A stretch of 43,988 nt of DNA from an uncultured Bacteroidaceae bacterium (GCA_964474745.1 CAYYUE010000001.1:1-43988); one strand, 5' to 3'. Numbered from the stretch's first letter, positions 1 through 9,496 are shown. Program-made: numbers and translations. The notes: generated by a model from the letters alone, not told the origin.

Positions 1-62
1 CAAAATTAATCAAATATATTGTATCTTGCAATTTTTGTATAGAAATAAACAAGAACATAATT

Positions 63-164
63 GATTTTACAGCATTCAATAGCCCTAGAGAAATAAAATC
101 ACCATTTAAAACATGGGTTGAAAAATTCGATTACGGCATTCAATAACTATAGAGAAATAAAATC
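63..164 (+). repeat. imperfect direct repeat, two copies (63-100 and 129-164) separated by 28 nt
   Basis: AC[A/G]GCATTCAATA[G/A]C[C/T][C/A]TAGAGAAATAAAATC occurs twice, with 28 of 32 aligned positions identical. No further copy in 1-62. Confidence 0.6.
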
Positions 165-188
165 GGCGGCATTAAAGCGGTAAAATAT

Positions 189-224
189 AAAAAAGTATTG
201 GAAATGCATCCAATACTTTTTTTA
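189..224. terminator. bidirectional rho-independent terminator downstream of rlmD
   Basis: 9-bp stem AGTATTGGA/TCCAATACT (194-202 / 209-217) with a 6-nt loop, an A-run on the left and a T-run on the right. It lies 22 nt beyond the rlmD stop. Confidence 0.75.
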
Positions 225-245
225 TTACTCTGTTTTTTTAGACTG

Positions 246-1679
246 TTATTTCAAAATCAATTCCACAATATTTTCTACATGGTGTGTGTGCGGAAACATG
301 TCTACAGGTTGAATTCGTCCTACTTTATATTTTTCAGACAATAGGGTAATATCGCGTGCCTGTGTGGCAGGATTACAGCTTATATAGATAATTTTTTTAG
401 ATTCGGTCGACAAAAGTTGTTGAATAACTTTGTCGTGCATTCCTGCACGGGGAGGATCTGTAATAACCAAATCCGGCTTTCCGTTTCTAATAATGAAATC
501 TTCGGTAAGCACTTTGGCCATGTCTCCGGCATAAAAAACGGTGTTATCGAAACCGTTACGACGAGAATTTTCTTTAGCATCTTCAATGGCTTCCTCTATG
601 TATTCAATACCGATTACTTTTTTACAGAACGAGGCTATAAAATTGGCGATGGTACCTGTTCCGGTATATAAATCGTATACAATTTCATTGCCCGTTAAGT
701 CGGCAAAATCCGTCGCGAGCCGATACAAATGATATGCTTGTACTGAATTGGTTTGGTAAAACGATTTCGGACTAATTTTGAATTGTAAAGGTTGATGAGA
801 GCTTTTGTATGCCGGCATCGTTTCTATAATGTGGTCTTTACCATGATATGGTATTACATCCAAGTCGGAATAGGAATCGTTTAATTTTGTATTGACAATG
901 TATTGTAGAGAGGTGATTTCCGGATATTTGTTTTTTAAAAAATCCAATAATGGGAACAATTTTTCGGGTATGTATTCTGATACAATCACCACCAACATCC
1001 ATTCTTCGAGCGTTGTATTTCGGATCATGATGTTCCGTAAAAAACCTGTATGATTACGAATGTCATAAAATTCCAATTGATGCTTTATGGCATAATTTTT
1101 TATGCTTAACCGAATTTCGTTGGAAAACTCTTGTTGCAACACACAATGTTCTATGTCTAAAATTTTATCGAATAGATTCGGAACATGAAATCCCAGCGCG
1201 TTCGGAGCCGGTTTGAAATCGGGATTTTTTATATCTTCTACCCGTATCCAAGGACGGTTCGAAAAAGTAAACTCCAATTTATTTCTATAATAGTAAATAT
1301 TTTCCGAACCGTAAATCGGAAGCATCTCTGAGGTATTTACCTTACCAATACGTTCTAAGTTATCTGCAACCTGTTTTTGCTTGTAGTACAATTGATCTTT
1401 ATAATCCATGTTTTGCCAACGACAGCCTCCACAAGTTCCAAAATGAGGGCAACGAGGTTCGATACGTTTTTCAGAATATTTTTTAAAGGTAATTACCTTG
1501 CCTTCAGCATAATTTTTTTTCGATTTCCAAATTTTGAGATCTACAATATCGCCCGGAATAGCAAAAGGAACAAAAATGACTTGATTTTCTACTTTGGCAA
1601 TAGCGTTTCCTTCGGCTCCGGCATCTGTAATTTCAACATCCGGTAGAATAATTTCCTGTTTTATTTTGCGCATTTTCAT
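246..1679 (-). CDS. rlmD: 23S rRNA (uracil-C5)-methyltransferase, RumA/RlmD family
   Basis: 477 aa. TRAM-like N-terminus, Fe-S Cys cluster CPHFGTCGGCRWQ, SAM motif DLYTGTGT, and DPPRAG and ISCNP catalytic motifs. Confidence 0.9.
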   Translation of the reverse strand: MKMRKIKQEIILPDVEITDAGAEGNAIAKVENQVIFVPFAIPGDIVDLKIWKSKKNYAEGKVITFKKYSEKRIEPRCPHFGTCGGCRWQNMDYKDQLYYKQKQVADNLERIGKVNTSEMLPIYGSENIYYYRNKLEFTFSNRPWIRVEDIKNPDFKPAPNALGFHVPNLFDKILDIEHCVLQQEFSNEIRLSIKNYAIKHQLEFYDIRNHTGFLRNIMIRNTTLEEWMLVVIVSEYIPEKLFPLLDFLKNKYPEITSLQYIVNTKLNDSYSDLDVIPYHGKDHIIETMPAYKSSHQPLQFKISPKSFYQTNSVQAYHLYRLATDFADLTGNEIVYDLYTGTGTIANFIASFCKKVIGIEYIEEAIEDAKENSRRNGFDNTVFYAGDMAKVLTEDFIIRNGKPDLVITDPPRAGMHDKVIQQLLSTESKKIIYISCNPATQARDITLLSEKYKVGRIQPVDMFPHTHHVENIVELILK

Positions 1680-1723
1680 CTGTTAATAAGTTTGCTTACG
1701 AATGTGTAGGGAGTTAAATATGT

Positions 1724-2503
1724 TTAGTGTTGGCATCCTGGAATCATATAAGCCAATACAAAGCTGAGAATGATAAGGAGAAATTTCCATTTTGTATATT
1801 TGTTGTTGTCATGGTCAAATAAGATACTTACCGAAACATGAAGTAAAATACCGATTACGACTCCCATGATAGGTTGTTCGATATGCTCGATATTGACAAG
1901 TAAGTAACGATTGACGAGAGAACCCAGCGGAGTCATAATGGCAAAAATGCTTAACAATCCCATTGACTTGGATGTTGAGTATTGGTTATTTATAAAAAGG
2001 GTGATTAGCACTAATGAAATTGGAATGTTATGTAGAAAAATTCCATACAAAAGTCCCCAATGGATTTCATCGTGCCCGAATGTCAGAGGCATCCCTTCTA
2101 AAAACGAATGTAATGAAAGACCAATGATGAGCCCTGAAACAGGATGCACATGATTCGTATGCCCATGCTCACAGCAAGAGGCATGGTTGTGTCCGTGTTC
2201 AATACCTTTTGTTAAGGTTTCCAACAACAATTGAATCAAAAAGCCTACAAGTACCCAGATTCCGGGTTTCAAGAGTGCTATAAAGCCATCTGTATCATGA
2301 ATCGGTACTGCTTCTCCTTCGTGGATATGAGGTAAAAATAAATGTGGTACTAATTGTAAAAAACATGTCGCGAACAAAAAAGCACCTCCGAAAACTGTAG
2401 TGAGTTCAAGTACTGACGGATGAATCTTTTTTTTCGAAGGAAGCAATACACCCCATATTAAAATTCCGATAATAATCAGAAAGTAGCAATAGATAATATT
2501 CAT
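1724..2503 (-). CDS. ZIP family metal (zinc) transporter
   Basis: 259-aa polytopic membrane ORF with the His/Cys-rich loop HGHNHASCCEHGHTNHVH and ZIP-like LHSFLEGMP and LHNIP segments. Confidence 0.8.
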   Translation of the reverse strand: MNIIYCYFLIIIGILIWGVLLPSKKKIHPSVLELTTVFGGAFLFATCFLQLVPHLFLPHIHEGEAVPIHDTDGFIALLKPGIWVLVGFLIQLLLETLTKGIEHGHNHASCCEHGHTNHVHPVSGLIIGLSLHSFLEGMPLTFGHDEIHWGLLYGIFLHNIPISLVLITLFINNQYSTSKSMGLLSIFAIMTPLGSLVNRYLLVNIEHIEQPIMGVVIGILLHVSVSILFDHDNNKYTKWKFLLIILSFVLAYMIPGCQH

Positions 2504-2527
2504 AATTGTATAACTATGATTAGAAGG

Positions 2528-2839
2528 TTATTTCCGCATTCGGTTAATTTTGTCGTCAATGGATGTGATTTTATTTTTTATTCGGTTCTCTTTTCCTTGT
2601 CGAATATCGAATGTTAGGGTTGAATACACTCGCTTGCAATCCGGTTCTAACAATTTATAGCAGTTTTTTACCAAATCCAACGCTTCATCTATCGTGTTTG
2701 TTTCTATGATACTACCCATAGCTGTAAGTTGGTATGGGTATGAAGATTGGTCGATAAATTGAATTATTCGACTTACATATGGACTTACGCTTTCTTCCTT
2801 GTCGGTTGGAAACATAGCAAATTCAAGTAGTACGGACAT
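2528..2839 (-). CDS. MTH1187/YkoF-like small thiamine-binding family protein (UPF0045)
   Basis: 103 aa. Size and N-terminal pattern (LLEFAMFPTDK..SVSPYV) resemble the MTH1187 family. A -7 box lies 24 nt upstream. Confidence 0.6.
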   Translation of the reverse strand: MSVLLEFAMFPTDKEESVSPYVSRIIQFIDQSSYPYQLTAMGSIIETNTIDEALDLVKNCYKLLEPDCKRVYSTLTFDIRQGKENRIKNKITSIDDKINRMRK

Positions 2840-2862
2840 CGGTTGTTTTCTTTTTTAACTTG

Positions 2863-2870
2863 CAAAGTTA
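2863..2870 (-). promoter_or_regulatory. Bacteroidota -7 promoter box TAACTTTG
   Basis: Reverse complement of CAAAGTTA matches TAnnTTTG, 24 nt upstream of the ATG at 2839. Confidence 0.6.
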
Positions 2871-3155
2871 CAGAAAAAAAATGAAATGGAATAAAATCTT
2901 TTAAATAGTTTATAATTAAGTAATTAAGACGTAAAAAGATAGGTTGATTTGGTGTTATTCCGAAGTTTACAAAAGCAAGAGGGTATGATAAAGCGCAAAC
3001 GGGGCAAATATATGCCTGTGAATTTTTCAGGACAATTATATAATACACCTGGGTGATGGAAAATGTGTTGATTTAATATAAATGAGATAAATTCTTTATA
3101 ATTAGAGGATTTTGTTATGTATGAAATTATTCAAGGGGAATTAAAAAACTTCATG

Positions 3156-3163
3156 TATCTTTG
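3156..3163 (+). promoter_or_regulatory. Bacteroidota -7 promoter box TATCTTTG
   Basis: TAnnTTTG match about 90 nt upstream of the pfp ATG at 3253. Confidence 0.5.
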
Positions 3164-3252
3164 TAACTCTAAAATTAGGGTTGAAGCGTATTTAAATGCT
3201 TTACTTATAGTTAATTTGATACAAAACGTACTAGCATAAAAAGAATAGAACG

Positions 3253-4488
3253 ATGAAAAATGCAATTGCAATTATAACAGGTGGTGGTCCTGCTCCGGGG
3301 ATAAATACTGTGATAGCCAGTGTTGCTAAAACTTTTTTACGCGATGGGTATCGTGTTATCGGTTTACACGGTGGGTATTCCTCTTTATTTACCCCCTCGC
3401 CCCGTATGTTGGATATTGATTTTTTAATGGCCGATGATATCTTTAATAAAGGGGGATCTATGTTGAAAATGAGCCGGTTTAAACCTTCCGACTCTGATTT
3501 TGAAAACAAATTTAATTTGGATCTTTTTAAAGAAAATAACATTAAATTATTGGTGACGATAGGGGGTGACGATACGGCTTCTACGGCTAATCGTGTCACT
3601 CACTTTTTGAATAAGAATCATTACCCCATTGCAAATATTCATGTGCCCAAAACAATTGATAATGACTTGCCTTTACCCAATGCAAGTCCGACGTTTGGTT
3701 ACAATTCAGCAAAAGCCCAAGGAACGATTATCGGCGCAGCCGTTATGGAAGATGCCCGTGCCAGTGAAAATTGGTTTGTCGTTTCTGCAATGGGACGTTC
3801 GGCTGGGCATTTGGCAATGGGAATAGCCGGCGCTTGCCATTATCCGATGATTGTCATTCCTGAATTTTTCAATAAAACTCAGATAACGCTTGATAAGATT
3901 ATCAATTTAGTGATTTCGTGTATTATAAAACGAAAAATCATGGGAATATACTATGGAACTGCTATGATCTCAGAAGGTGTTTTTCACGAATTGAGTACTG
4001 AAGAATTGGAGAAAACAGGTGTAAACTTTTCTTATGACGATCATGGACATCCCGAATTAGGAAAAGTTTCTAAAGCCCATATCTTTAATAATATGCTGGA
4101 AGACAAATTGAAAGAGCTGAAAATAAAAGTGAAATCCCGCCCGGTAGAAATCGGATACGAAGTTCGTTGCCATGCTCCCATAGCGTATGATTTAACTTAT
4201 TGTTCGTTGTTGGGTATGGGTGTTAATATGCTTTTCAAACAAGGCCATACCGGGTGTATGGTATATGTAGATCATATCGGAAACATTTCTCCTTTATTCT
4301 TAAAAGATATTCAAGATCCCGAAACCGGAAAAATTCCTCCGCGTTTGGTAAATATTGGTACCAATAAGGTTCAGTCTTATATTGCTGATATTATGGATTA
4401 TATTACCCCTTCGGATTACGAGGCAGCTAAAGAGTATGTTGCGAATCCTGAAGCATATGATTTTATGAAAATTTTGAATTGGAAATAA
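3253..4488 (+). CDS. pfp: pyrophosphate-dependent 6-phosphofructokinase
   Basis: 411 aa with GGGPAPGIN, TIGGDDT and PKTIDND motifs. The Asp in GGDD and the Lys in PKTIDND are the residues associated with PPi rather than ATP specificity in the PFK family. Confidence 0.85.
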   Translation: MKNAIAIITGGGPAPGINTVIASVAKTFLRDGYRVIGLHGGYSSLFTPSPRMLDIDFLMADDIFNKGGSMLKMSRFKPSDSDFENKFNLDLFKENNIKLLVTIGGDDTASTANRVTHFLNKNHYPIANIHVPKTIDNDLPLPNASPTFGYNSAKAQGTIIGAAVMEDARASENWFVVSAMGRSAGHLAMGIAGACHYPMIVIPEFFNKTQITLDKIINLVISCIIKRKIMGIYYGTAMISEGVFHELSTEELEKTGVNFSYDDHGHPELGKVSKAHIFNNMLEDKLKELKIKVKSRPVEIGYEVRCHAPIAYDLTYCSLLGMGVNMLFKQGHTGCMVYVDHIGNISPLFLKDIQDPETGKIPPRLVNIGTNKVQSYIADIMDYITPSDYEAAKEYVANPEAYDFMKILNWK

Positions 4489-4536
4489 ATCGCAAGGTAG
4501 GGATTCTTTATTATAATGTGAAAAACAAATAGCTCA

Positions 4537-4584
4537 AAATACGTTTTTTGTTTGCGTTTATGTAAATGAAAAACGTATTTTTTT
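4537..4584 (+). terminator. candidate terminator after pfp
   Basis: 12-bp AT-rich stem AAATACGTTTTT/AAAAACGTATTT (4537-4548 / 4569-4580) followed by TTTT. The loop is long (20 nt). Confidence 0.45.
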
Positions 4585-4650
4585 GCATGAATTGTTGTAA
4601 AAAAGCGAGGTAAAGTATTATTTGTATTTTGACGTAGTTATAAAAAGATG

Positions 4651-4658
4651 TATCTTTG
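4651..4658 (+). promoter_or_regulatory. Bacteroidota -7 promoter box TATCTTTG
   Basis: TAnnTTTG match 29 nt upstream of the prmA ATG, with a TTTG at 4621-4624 as a possible -33 element. Confidence 0.65.
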
Positions 4659-4686
4659 TACCTTGTAGAGGGAATAATAGTTTATT

Positions 4687-5529
4687 ATGGTATATATTGA
4701 ACTAAAACTAGTTGTAAAACCTTTAGCTCCATACAATGATATTGTAATGGGAGAATTGGGTGATATAGGATATGAGAGTTTTGTTGACACGGAAGACGGA
4801 TTGTCGGCATATATTCAAAAATCTCTTTTCGATGAGGCAAAATTGCAAGAAGCACTCCATATGATTTCGGGTTGCACCGTGGATTATTCGTTCTGTGAAA
4901 TACCGGATCAAGATTGGAATGCAGTGTGGGAGAGTACTCACGAGCCTGTATTGGTGGAAAATTTTTGCTGGATATATGCTCCTTTTCATAAACCGAACGA
5001 CGGTGTTAAGTATAACATTGTTATTGAACCTAAAATGTCGTTTGGAACAGCACATCATGCCACGACTTACTTAATGTTGTGTTTTTTAGAAAAAGAACCT
5101 ATAGAAGGGAAACAGGTGCTGGATATGGGAAGCGGAACCGGAGTGCTGGCTATATTGGCGGAAATGCGGGGAGCCTCCTATGTGGAAGCTATTGATAACG
5201 ACGAGTGGGCATATCGGAATGCATTGGAAAATGTGTCGACGAATCAGTGCCGTAATATTCATGTTTTTTTAGGTAATGCGTCATTGCTTACTCCGAATAA
5301 AAGGTTCGATATTGTAATAGCCAATATCAATCGGAATATTTTACTTACCGACATGAAATCCTATATCAATGTCTTGAATTCAGGAGGAACACTTCTGTTA
5401 AGCGGTTTTTACGAACATGATATTCCAGTGATAAGAGCCGAAGCGGAGAGATGTGGAATGAAGTTTGATTGCTATAAAGAACGGGATGAATGGGTCGTTT
5501 GTCGATTCATAAAAATGACTGAAAAATGA
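4687..5529 (+). CDS. prmA: ribosomal protein L11 methyltransferase
   Basis: 280 aa. PrmA-like N-terminal domain, FGTAHHATT motif, SAM site VLDMGSGTGVLA. Confidence 0.9.
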   Translation: MVYIELKLVVKPLAPYNDIVMGELGDIGYESFVDTEDGLSAYIQKSLFDEAKLQEALHMISGCTVDYSFCEIPDQDWNAVWESTHEPVLVENFCWIYAPFHKPNDGVKYNIVIEPKMSFGTAHHATTYLMLCFLEKEPIEGKQVLDMGSGTGVLAILAEMRGASYVEAIDNDEWAYRNALENVSTNQCRNIHVFLGNASLLTPNKRFDIVIANINRNILLTDMKSYINVLNSGGTLLLSGFYEHDIPVIRAEAERCGMKFDCYKERDEWVVCRFIKMTEK

Positions 5530-6212
5530 CAATAGAAGACAATCTTAAAAAAATAAAGTCCACATTGCCTGAGAATGTACAATTGATAGCAGTGTCGAAA
5601 ACGAAACCTGTTTCGGATATTCAGGAGGCATATAATGCCGGACAGCGTATTTTTGGAGAAAATAAAGCATTGGAAATGCGAGATAAACATGAAATATTGC
5701 CTAAGGATATTGCATGGCATTTTATTGGTCATTTGCAAACCAATAAAATTAAATACATAGCCCCGTTTGTTTCATTAATACATAGCATTGATAGTCTAAA
5801 TTTATTGAAAGAGGTGAATAAAGAGGCTCTCAAGAATAGACGTATTATAGATTGTTTATTACAATTTCATGTTGCCAGTGAAGAAACAAAATTTGGTCTG
5901 AATTACCGGGATGCTGAGGAACTGTTGACTTGTGACGGTTATAAAGAACTGCAAAATATTCGTATTGTAGGTGTGATGGGAATGGCTACCTTTACGGACG
6001 ATATGGATAAAGTCCGTACGGAATTTCGTCGCTTACAAATGATATTTCATCAATTGAAAACGGAGTATTTTGCACAAACTCCCTCGTTTAAAGAAATTTC
6101 CATGGGGATGTCCGAAGATTATCTTATTGCAATAGAAGAAGGTAGTACATTGGTACGAGTAGGAAGTGCCATTTTTGGAGCAAGAAACTATGCTACTCCT
6201 GTAAATGATTAA
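5526..6212 (+). CDS. yggS: YggS family pyridoxal-phosphate homeostasis protein
   Basis: 228 aa with AVSKTKP (PLP lysine), HFIGHLQTNK and MGMSEDY motifs. The start overlaps the prmA stop as ATGA. Confidence 0.9.
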   Translation: MTIEDNLKKIKSTLPENVQLIAVSKTKPVSDIQEAYNAGQRIFGENKALEMRDKHEILPKDIAWHFIGHLQTNKIKYIAPFVSLIHSIDSLNLLKEVNKEALKNRRIIDCLLQFHVASEETKFGLNYRDAEELLTCDGYKELQNIRIVGVMGMATFTDDMDKVRTEFRRLQMIFHQLKTEYFAQTPSFKEISMGMSEDYLIAIEEGSTLVRVGSAIFGARNYATPVND

Positions 6213-6308
6213 AAGGTTATTGGGATAGAATATATAAGATATTGGAATTGTCGAGATGTTCTTATATGAAGAGAACCCGCTTATACAAGGTATTTAATTT
6301 TAATAATA

Positions 6309-6641
6309 ATGTTTTTTATGGATACGTTTACATCCGAAAATAAGATATATTCCCAAAGTATTATAAAAGATACGATGCTTGCCGACGGAGTTCGATATGT
6401 GGAGATGAAACCGCAAGGAGTGTGTTCGCAATTGATTCAAATCAGTACACGCAACGATGTTGTACAGCAAATCCAATATACGAAAAGTTGCAGTGGTAAT
6501 TCTCAGGGAATTGCTGCTTTGGCAAAAGGGATGAAAATAAATGATGTTATTGCAAGGGTGGAAGGAATTCGGTGCGGAGAAAAGTGCACATCATGCCCTG
6601 ATCAGTTAGCAAAGGCTCTTACATATATTCGAGATAATTAA
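6309..6641 (+). CDS. TSCPD-domain small protein (TIGR03905-like)
   Basis: 110 aa with GVCS..I, SCSGNSQG and a C-terminal CGEKCTSCPDQLAKAL pattern resembling the TSCPD/TIGR03905 family. Confidence 0.55.
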   Translation: MFFMDTFTSENKIYSQSIIKDTMLADGVRYVEMKPQGVCSQLIQISTRNDVVQQIQYTKSCSGNSQGIAALAKGMKINDVIARVEGIRCGEKCTSCPDQLAKALTYIRDN

Positions 6642-6738
6642 ATCATAAAAAATACGTTTTCATAAAGTATTAAAAAGGATACATGAGTTCTTGATTGAAA
6701 AATAGGATAAGAGATGTTGTGCTTCTTGAATATGTGTG

Positions 6739-6746
6739 TAAATTTG
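6739..6746 (+). promoter_or_regulatory. candidate -7 promoter box TAAATTTG for the hydrogenase genes
   Basis: TAnnTTTG match 196 nt upstream of the ATG at 6942. This implies a long leader. Confidence 0.35.
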
Positions 6747-6941
6747 TAATGGGTTGTTTTTTCATTACGCATGTAATGCTTTGAAAAAGTAATATTAATA
6801 AAGATTTTCAGATTCAGAAACGAATGTATTAAACGCATGTTACGAAAATAAAATAAATGAGATGAAGAGATGTATGCATTCTTTTTCATTAGAAGATTTT
6901 GGATATGTTCTTCATATAGCATAGAATAAAAATAATTACAT

Positions 6942-7205
6942 ATGAAAATAGAAGTAAAAATATGTATGGGAACCACCTGTTATGTGATGGGTGGAGCAGA
7001 ATTGGCTACATTATCGGAGCATCTCACTCCTGGACAACTTGAATATGTAGAAATAAAAGGGATACCTTGTATTGATGCTTGTTTTGATCAAAAAACACGC
7101 CGAGCACCCTATGCCATGGTTGGAAACATATTAATCGATAAAGCTTCTATTGAAAAAATAAAAGAGGAATTGAATAAACAGATTATAGGATTTGATTTGA
7201 AATAG
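6942..7205 (+). CDS. thioredoxin-like [2Fe-2S] ferredoxin (NuoE/HndA-like small subunit)
   Basis: 87 aa with four Cys spaced C-x4-C (CMGTTC) and C-x3-C (CIDAC), as in NuoE-type 2Fe-2S domains. It sits directly upstream of the hydrogenase-like gene. Confidence 0.65.
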   Translation: MKIEVKICMGTTCYVMGGAELATLSEHLTPGQLEYVEIKGIPCIDACFDQKTRRAPYAMVGNILIDKASIEKIKEELNKQIIGFDLK

Positions 7206-7213
7206 AGTAAGTT

Positions 7214-8653
7214 ATGAATAATGCAATGCAAATACGTCGCGATTTAATAAGTCGAGTGGCTAAGTTGTTAGAAGATAGATGTTTGATAGAGAAGATAGAT
7301 AGGCTTCCATTGGAAATGCGTCCGCGGACGCAAAAAGCAATTCGTTGTTGTGTACATAAAGAACGGGCTGTCCTTAAATATAGGACGATGGCATTGTTGG
7401 GTTTTAATACGAGCGATGAAACCGACGAATTGATGATGTTGTCGGAATATGCGAAGCAAGCGGAAATGCGAACGGAGTATACACCTGTTCAATTAACTGT
7501 GGTTGATGAGGCATGCAGCTCATGTGTAAAAAACAGTTATATAGTATCGAATTTGTGTCGATCTTGTGTAGCCCGCCCTTGTATGTACGTATGTAAAAAA
7601 AATGCCATAACGGTTACCGATAAGGCATATATCGATCATGAAAAATGTGTGAATTGCGGAATGTGCAAAGAAGTTTGTCCATTTCATGCGATTATTTATC
7701 AGCCTATTCCGTGTGAAGAATCGTGCCCTGTCGGTGCCATTAGTAGAAACGAATACGGTATTGAATATATTGATGACAGCAAGTGCATTTATTGTGGTAA
7801 ATGTTTGATGTCGTGCCCCTTTGGAGCTATTATGGAGAAATCTTTTTTAGTGGAGATTATCAATACGATAAAGAAAGGAAAGAAAGTAGTAGCGATGATT
7901 GCACCGGCATTAGCCGGACAATTTCAAACCGATTTGGGTAGATTGATTACCGCTATTAAAAAGTTAGGATTTTCTGATGTGATAGAAGTGGCAAAGGGAG
8001 CCAATATGACCACTGAAAATGAGGCAAAAGAATTGCTGGAACGATTGGAAGAAGGGGCTCCGTTTATGACCACATCATGTTGCCCATCATGGGTCAATTT
8101 GGTTAACAAACATATGCCGGAAATGAAGCCTTTTGTATCTTCTACACCTTCCCCTATGGTATATACTGCACGTTGGGTAAGAGAGCATATGCCCGAGGCC
8201 GTGACTGTTTTTGTAAGTCCTTGTGTAGGAAAACGAAGCGAAGTATACCGAACCCCCGAAGTTGATTTTGTCGTATCGTTTGAGGAATTGGGAGCATGGT
8301 TTGTAGCAAAAAATATTGACGTAATGAAATGCGAACCGGATTCTTTGGATACCAATATTCATTCGGACGGACGAAGATATGCTTATTCTAACGGAGTTAT
8401 GCAGTCAGTGAAAAATTATGTGCAAAATCCGGAAGTTATCAAAGATATTGTAGTTAACGGATTAGATAAAGCTGCTATTCGAACTTTAAAAGGATACATC
8501 AAATCTTGTCCCGGAAACTTTGTAGAGGTGATGTCTTGCCCCGGAGGATGTGTAAACGGATGCGATGTAATAGCTAATTTTAAAGTAGCTACTCGACAAG
8601 TTGATGCATTTGCTAATGAAGTAGAAAAGCGGTCTGAAACCAAAGATAAATAA
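7214..8653 (+). CDS. [FeFe]-hydrogenase-like protein with N-terminal ferredoxin clusters
   Basis: 479 aa. Two CxxCxxCxxxCP motifs (CVNCGMCKEVCP, CIYCGKCLMSCP) plus extra Cys clusters. H-cluster-like motifs TSCCPSW (L1), SPCVGKRSE (L2-like) and VEVMSCPGGCVNG (L3-like). Confidence 0.8.
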   Translation: MNNAMQIRRDLISRVAKLLEDRCLIEKIDRLPLEMRPRTQKAIRCCVHKERAVLKYRTMALLGFNTSDETDELMMLSEYAKQAEMRTEYTPVQLTVVDEACSSCVKNSYIVSNLCRSCVARPCMYVCKKNAITVTDKAYIDHEKCVNCGMCKEVCPFHAIIYQPIPCEESCPVGAISRNEYGIEYIDDSKCIYCGKCLMSCPFGAIMEKSFLVEIINTIKKGKKVVAMIAPALAGQFQTDLGRLITAIKKLGFSDVIEVAKGANMTTENEAKELLERLEEGAPFMTTSCCPSWVNLVNKHMPEMKPFVSSTPSPMVYTARWVREHMPEAVTVFVSPCVGKRSEVYRTPEVDFVVSFEELGAWFVAKNIDVMKCEPDSLDTNIHSDGRRYAYSNGVMQSVKNYVQNPEVIKDIVVNGLDKAAIRTLKGYIKSCPGNFVEVMSCPGGCVNGCDVIANFKVATRQVDAFANEVEKRSETKDK

Positions 8654-8658
8654 AGAAA

Positions 8659-8698
8659 AAGCGGTGGGTATTGTATAAAATCAAAATTACCGCCGCTT
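8659..8698 (+). terminator. weak candidate terminator after the hydrogenase gene
   Basis: AAGCGGTGGGTA / TACCGCCGCTT arms with one G-T pair and one bulge, and a 17-nt loop. The T-tract is poor. Confidence 0.35.
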
Positions 8699-8767
8699 TA
8701 CTGAAAATTTGGGTAGAGCATAACAATGTTCTTACGAACTTTATAGTATAGTATAAAAATACATTTT

Positions 8768-9448
8768 ATGAGTAAAATCTTAGTAGTCGACGATGAACAA
8801 GATTTATGTGAGATTCTTCAATTCAATTTGGAGAGTGAGGGATATGAGGTGGATGCTATAAATTCGCCCGAAGAGGCGTTGAAAATTTTCTCTCCGGAAT
8901 ATGATTTGTTGCTGTTGGATGTCATGATGGAAAAGATTTCCGGATTTCAATTGGCAAATAAAATTCGTAAGGAATATAATAGTCAGGTACCCATAATATT
9001 CTTAACAGCAAAAGATACCGAAAATGATATGCTTACAGGGTTTAGCATCGGCGCCGACGATTACATAACAAAACCTTTTTCTTTAAAAACTGTATTGGCT
9101 CGGGTAAGAGCTGTATTGAAACGAACAGAAAAAAGAGAAGAAGAAGTTTTGGGTTCGAAGCTTTTTATGATCGACAGTTTAAAAATTGATTTGGATGCGA
9201 AGAAAGTGACGATACAGAATCAAGAAATTTCATTGACTCGAAAAGAGTTTATGATTTTAGGTTTGTTGGTACAATCTCCTAAACGTTTCTTTACACGTGA
9301 ACAAATTTTAACTCAAATATGGGGAGATGAATCCTATGTAACCGAACGTAGCGTAGATGTGCACATCGCCCGTTTGAGAAAAAAAATGGGTGATTTTGGA
9401 AATTATATCGTAAACCGAACCGGATTCGGTTATTCATTTGATAAATAA
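8768..9448 (+). CDS. OmpR/PhoB-type response regulator
   Basis: 226 aa. Receiver domain (VVDDE, LLLDVMM acceptor Asp, KPF) and a winged-helix C-terminal domain (RSVDVHIARLRKK). Confidence 0.9.
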   Translation: MSKILVVDDEQDLCEILQFNLESEGYEVDAINSPEEALKIFSPEYDLLLLDVMMEKISGFQLANKIRKEYNSQVPIIFLTAKDTENDMLTGFSIGADDYITKPFSLKTVLARVRAVLKRTEKREEEVLGSKLFMIDSLKIDLDAKKVTIQNQEISLTRKEFMILGLLVQSPKRFFTREQILTQIWGDESYVTERSVDVHIARLRKKMGDFGNYIVNRTGFGYSFDK

Positions 9449-9496
9449 AGATCTGAAAGATCTCAAGATTCATAAGACAACAAAATATCTGAATAT

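Noticed and set aside
63-164. Possible tail of a CRISPR array (about 36-nt repeats, 28-nt spacer)
   Set aside because: There are only two imperfect copies. The expected position of a third copy (about 1-34) shows no similarity, no cas genes are in view, and the repeats differ at 4 of 32 positions.
2840-3252. TPP riboswitch upstream of the YkoF-like thiamine-binding gene
   Set aside because: The -7 box lies only 24 nt from the ATG, which leaves no room for an aptamer. I found no CTGAGA / ACCTGATCTGGATAATGCCAGCG-like thi-box on the minus strand.
6638-6976. 112-aa minus-strand ORF in the spacer upstream of the hydrogenase genes
   Set aside because: It is an AT-rich, Phe/Ile/Asn/Tyr-dominated translation that overlaps the start of the 2Fe-2S gene. 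Its lack of stop codons is probably chance rather than evidence of a gene.
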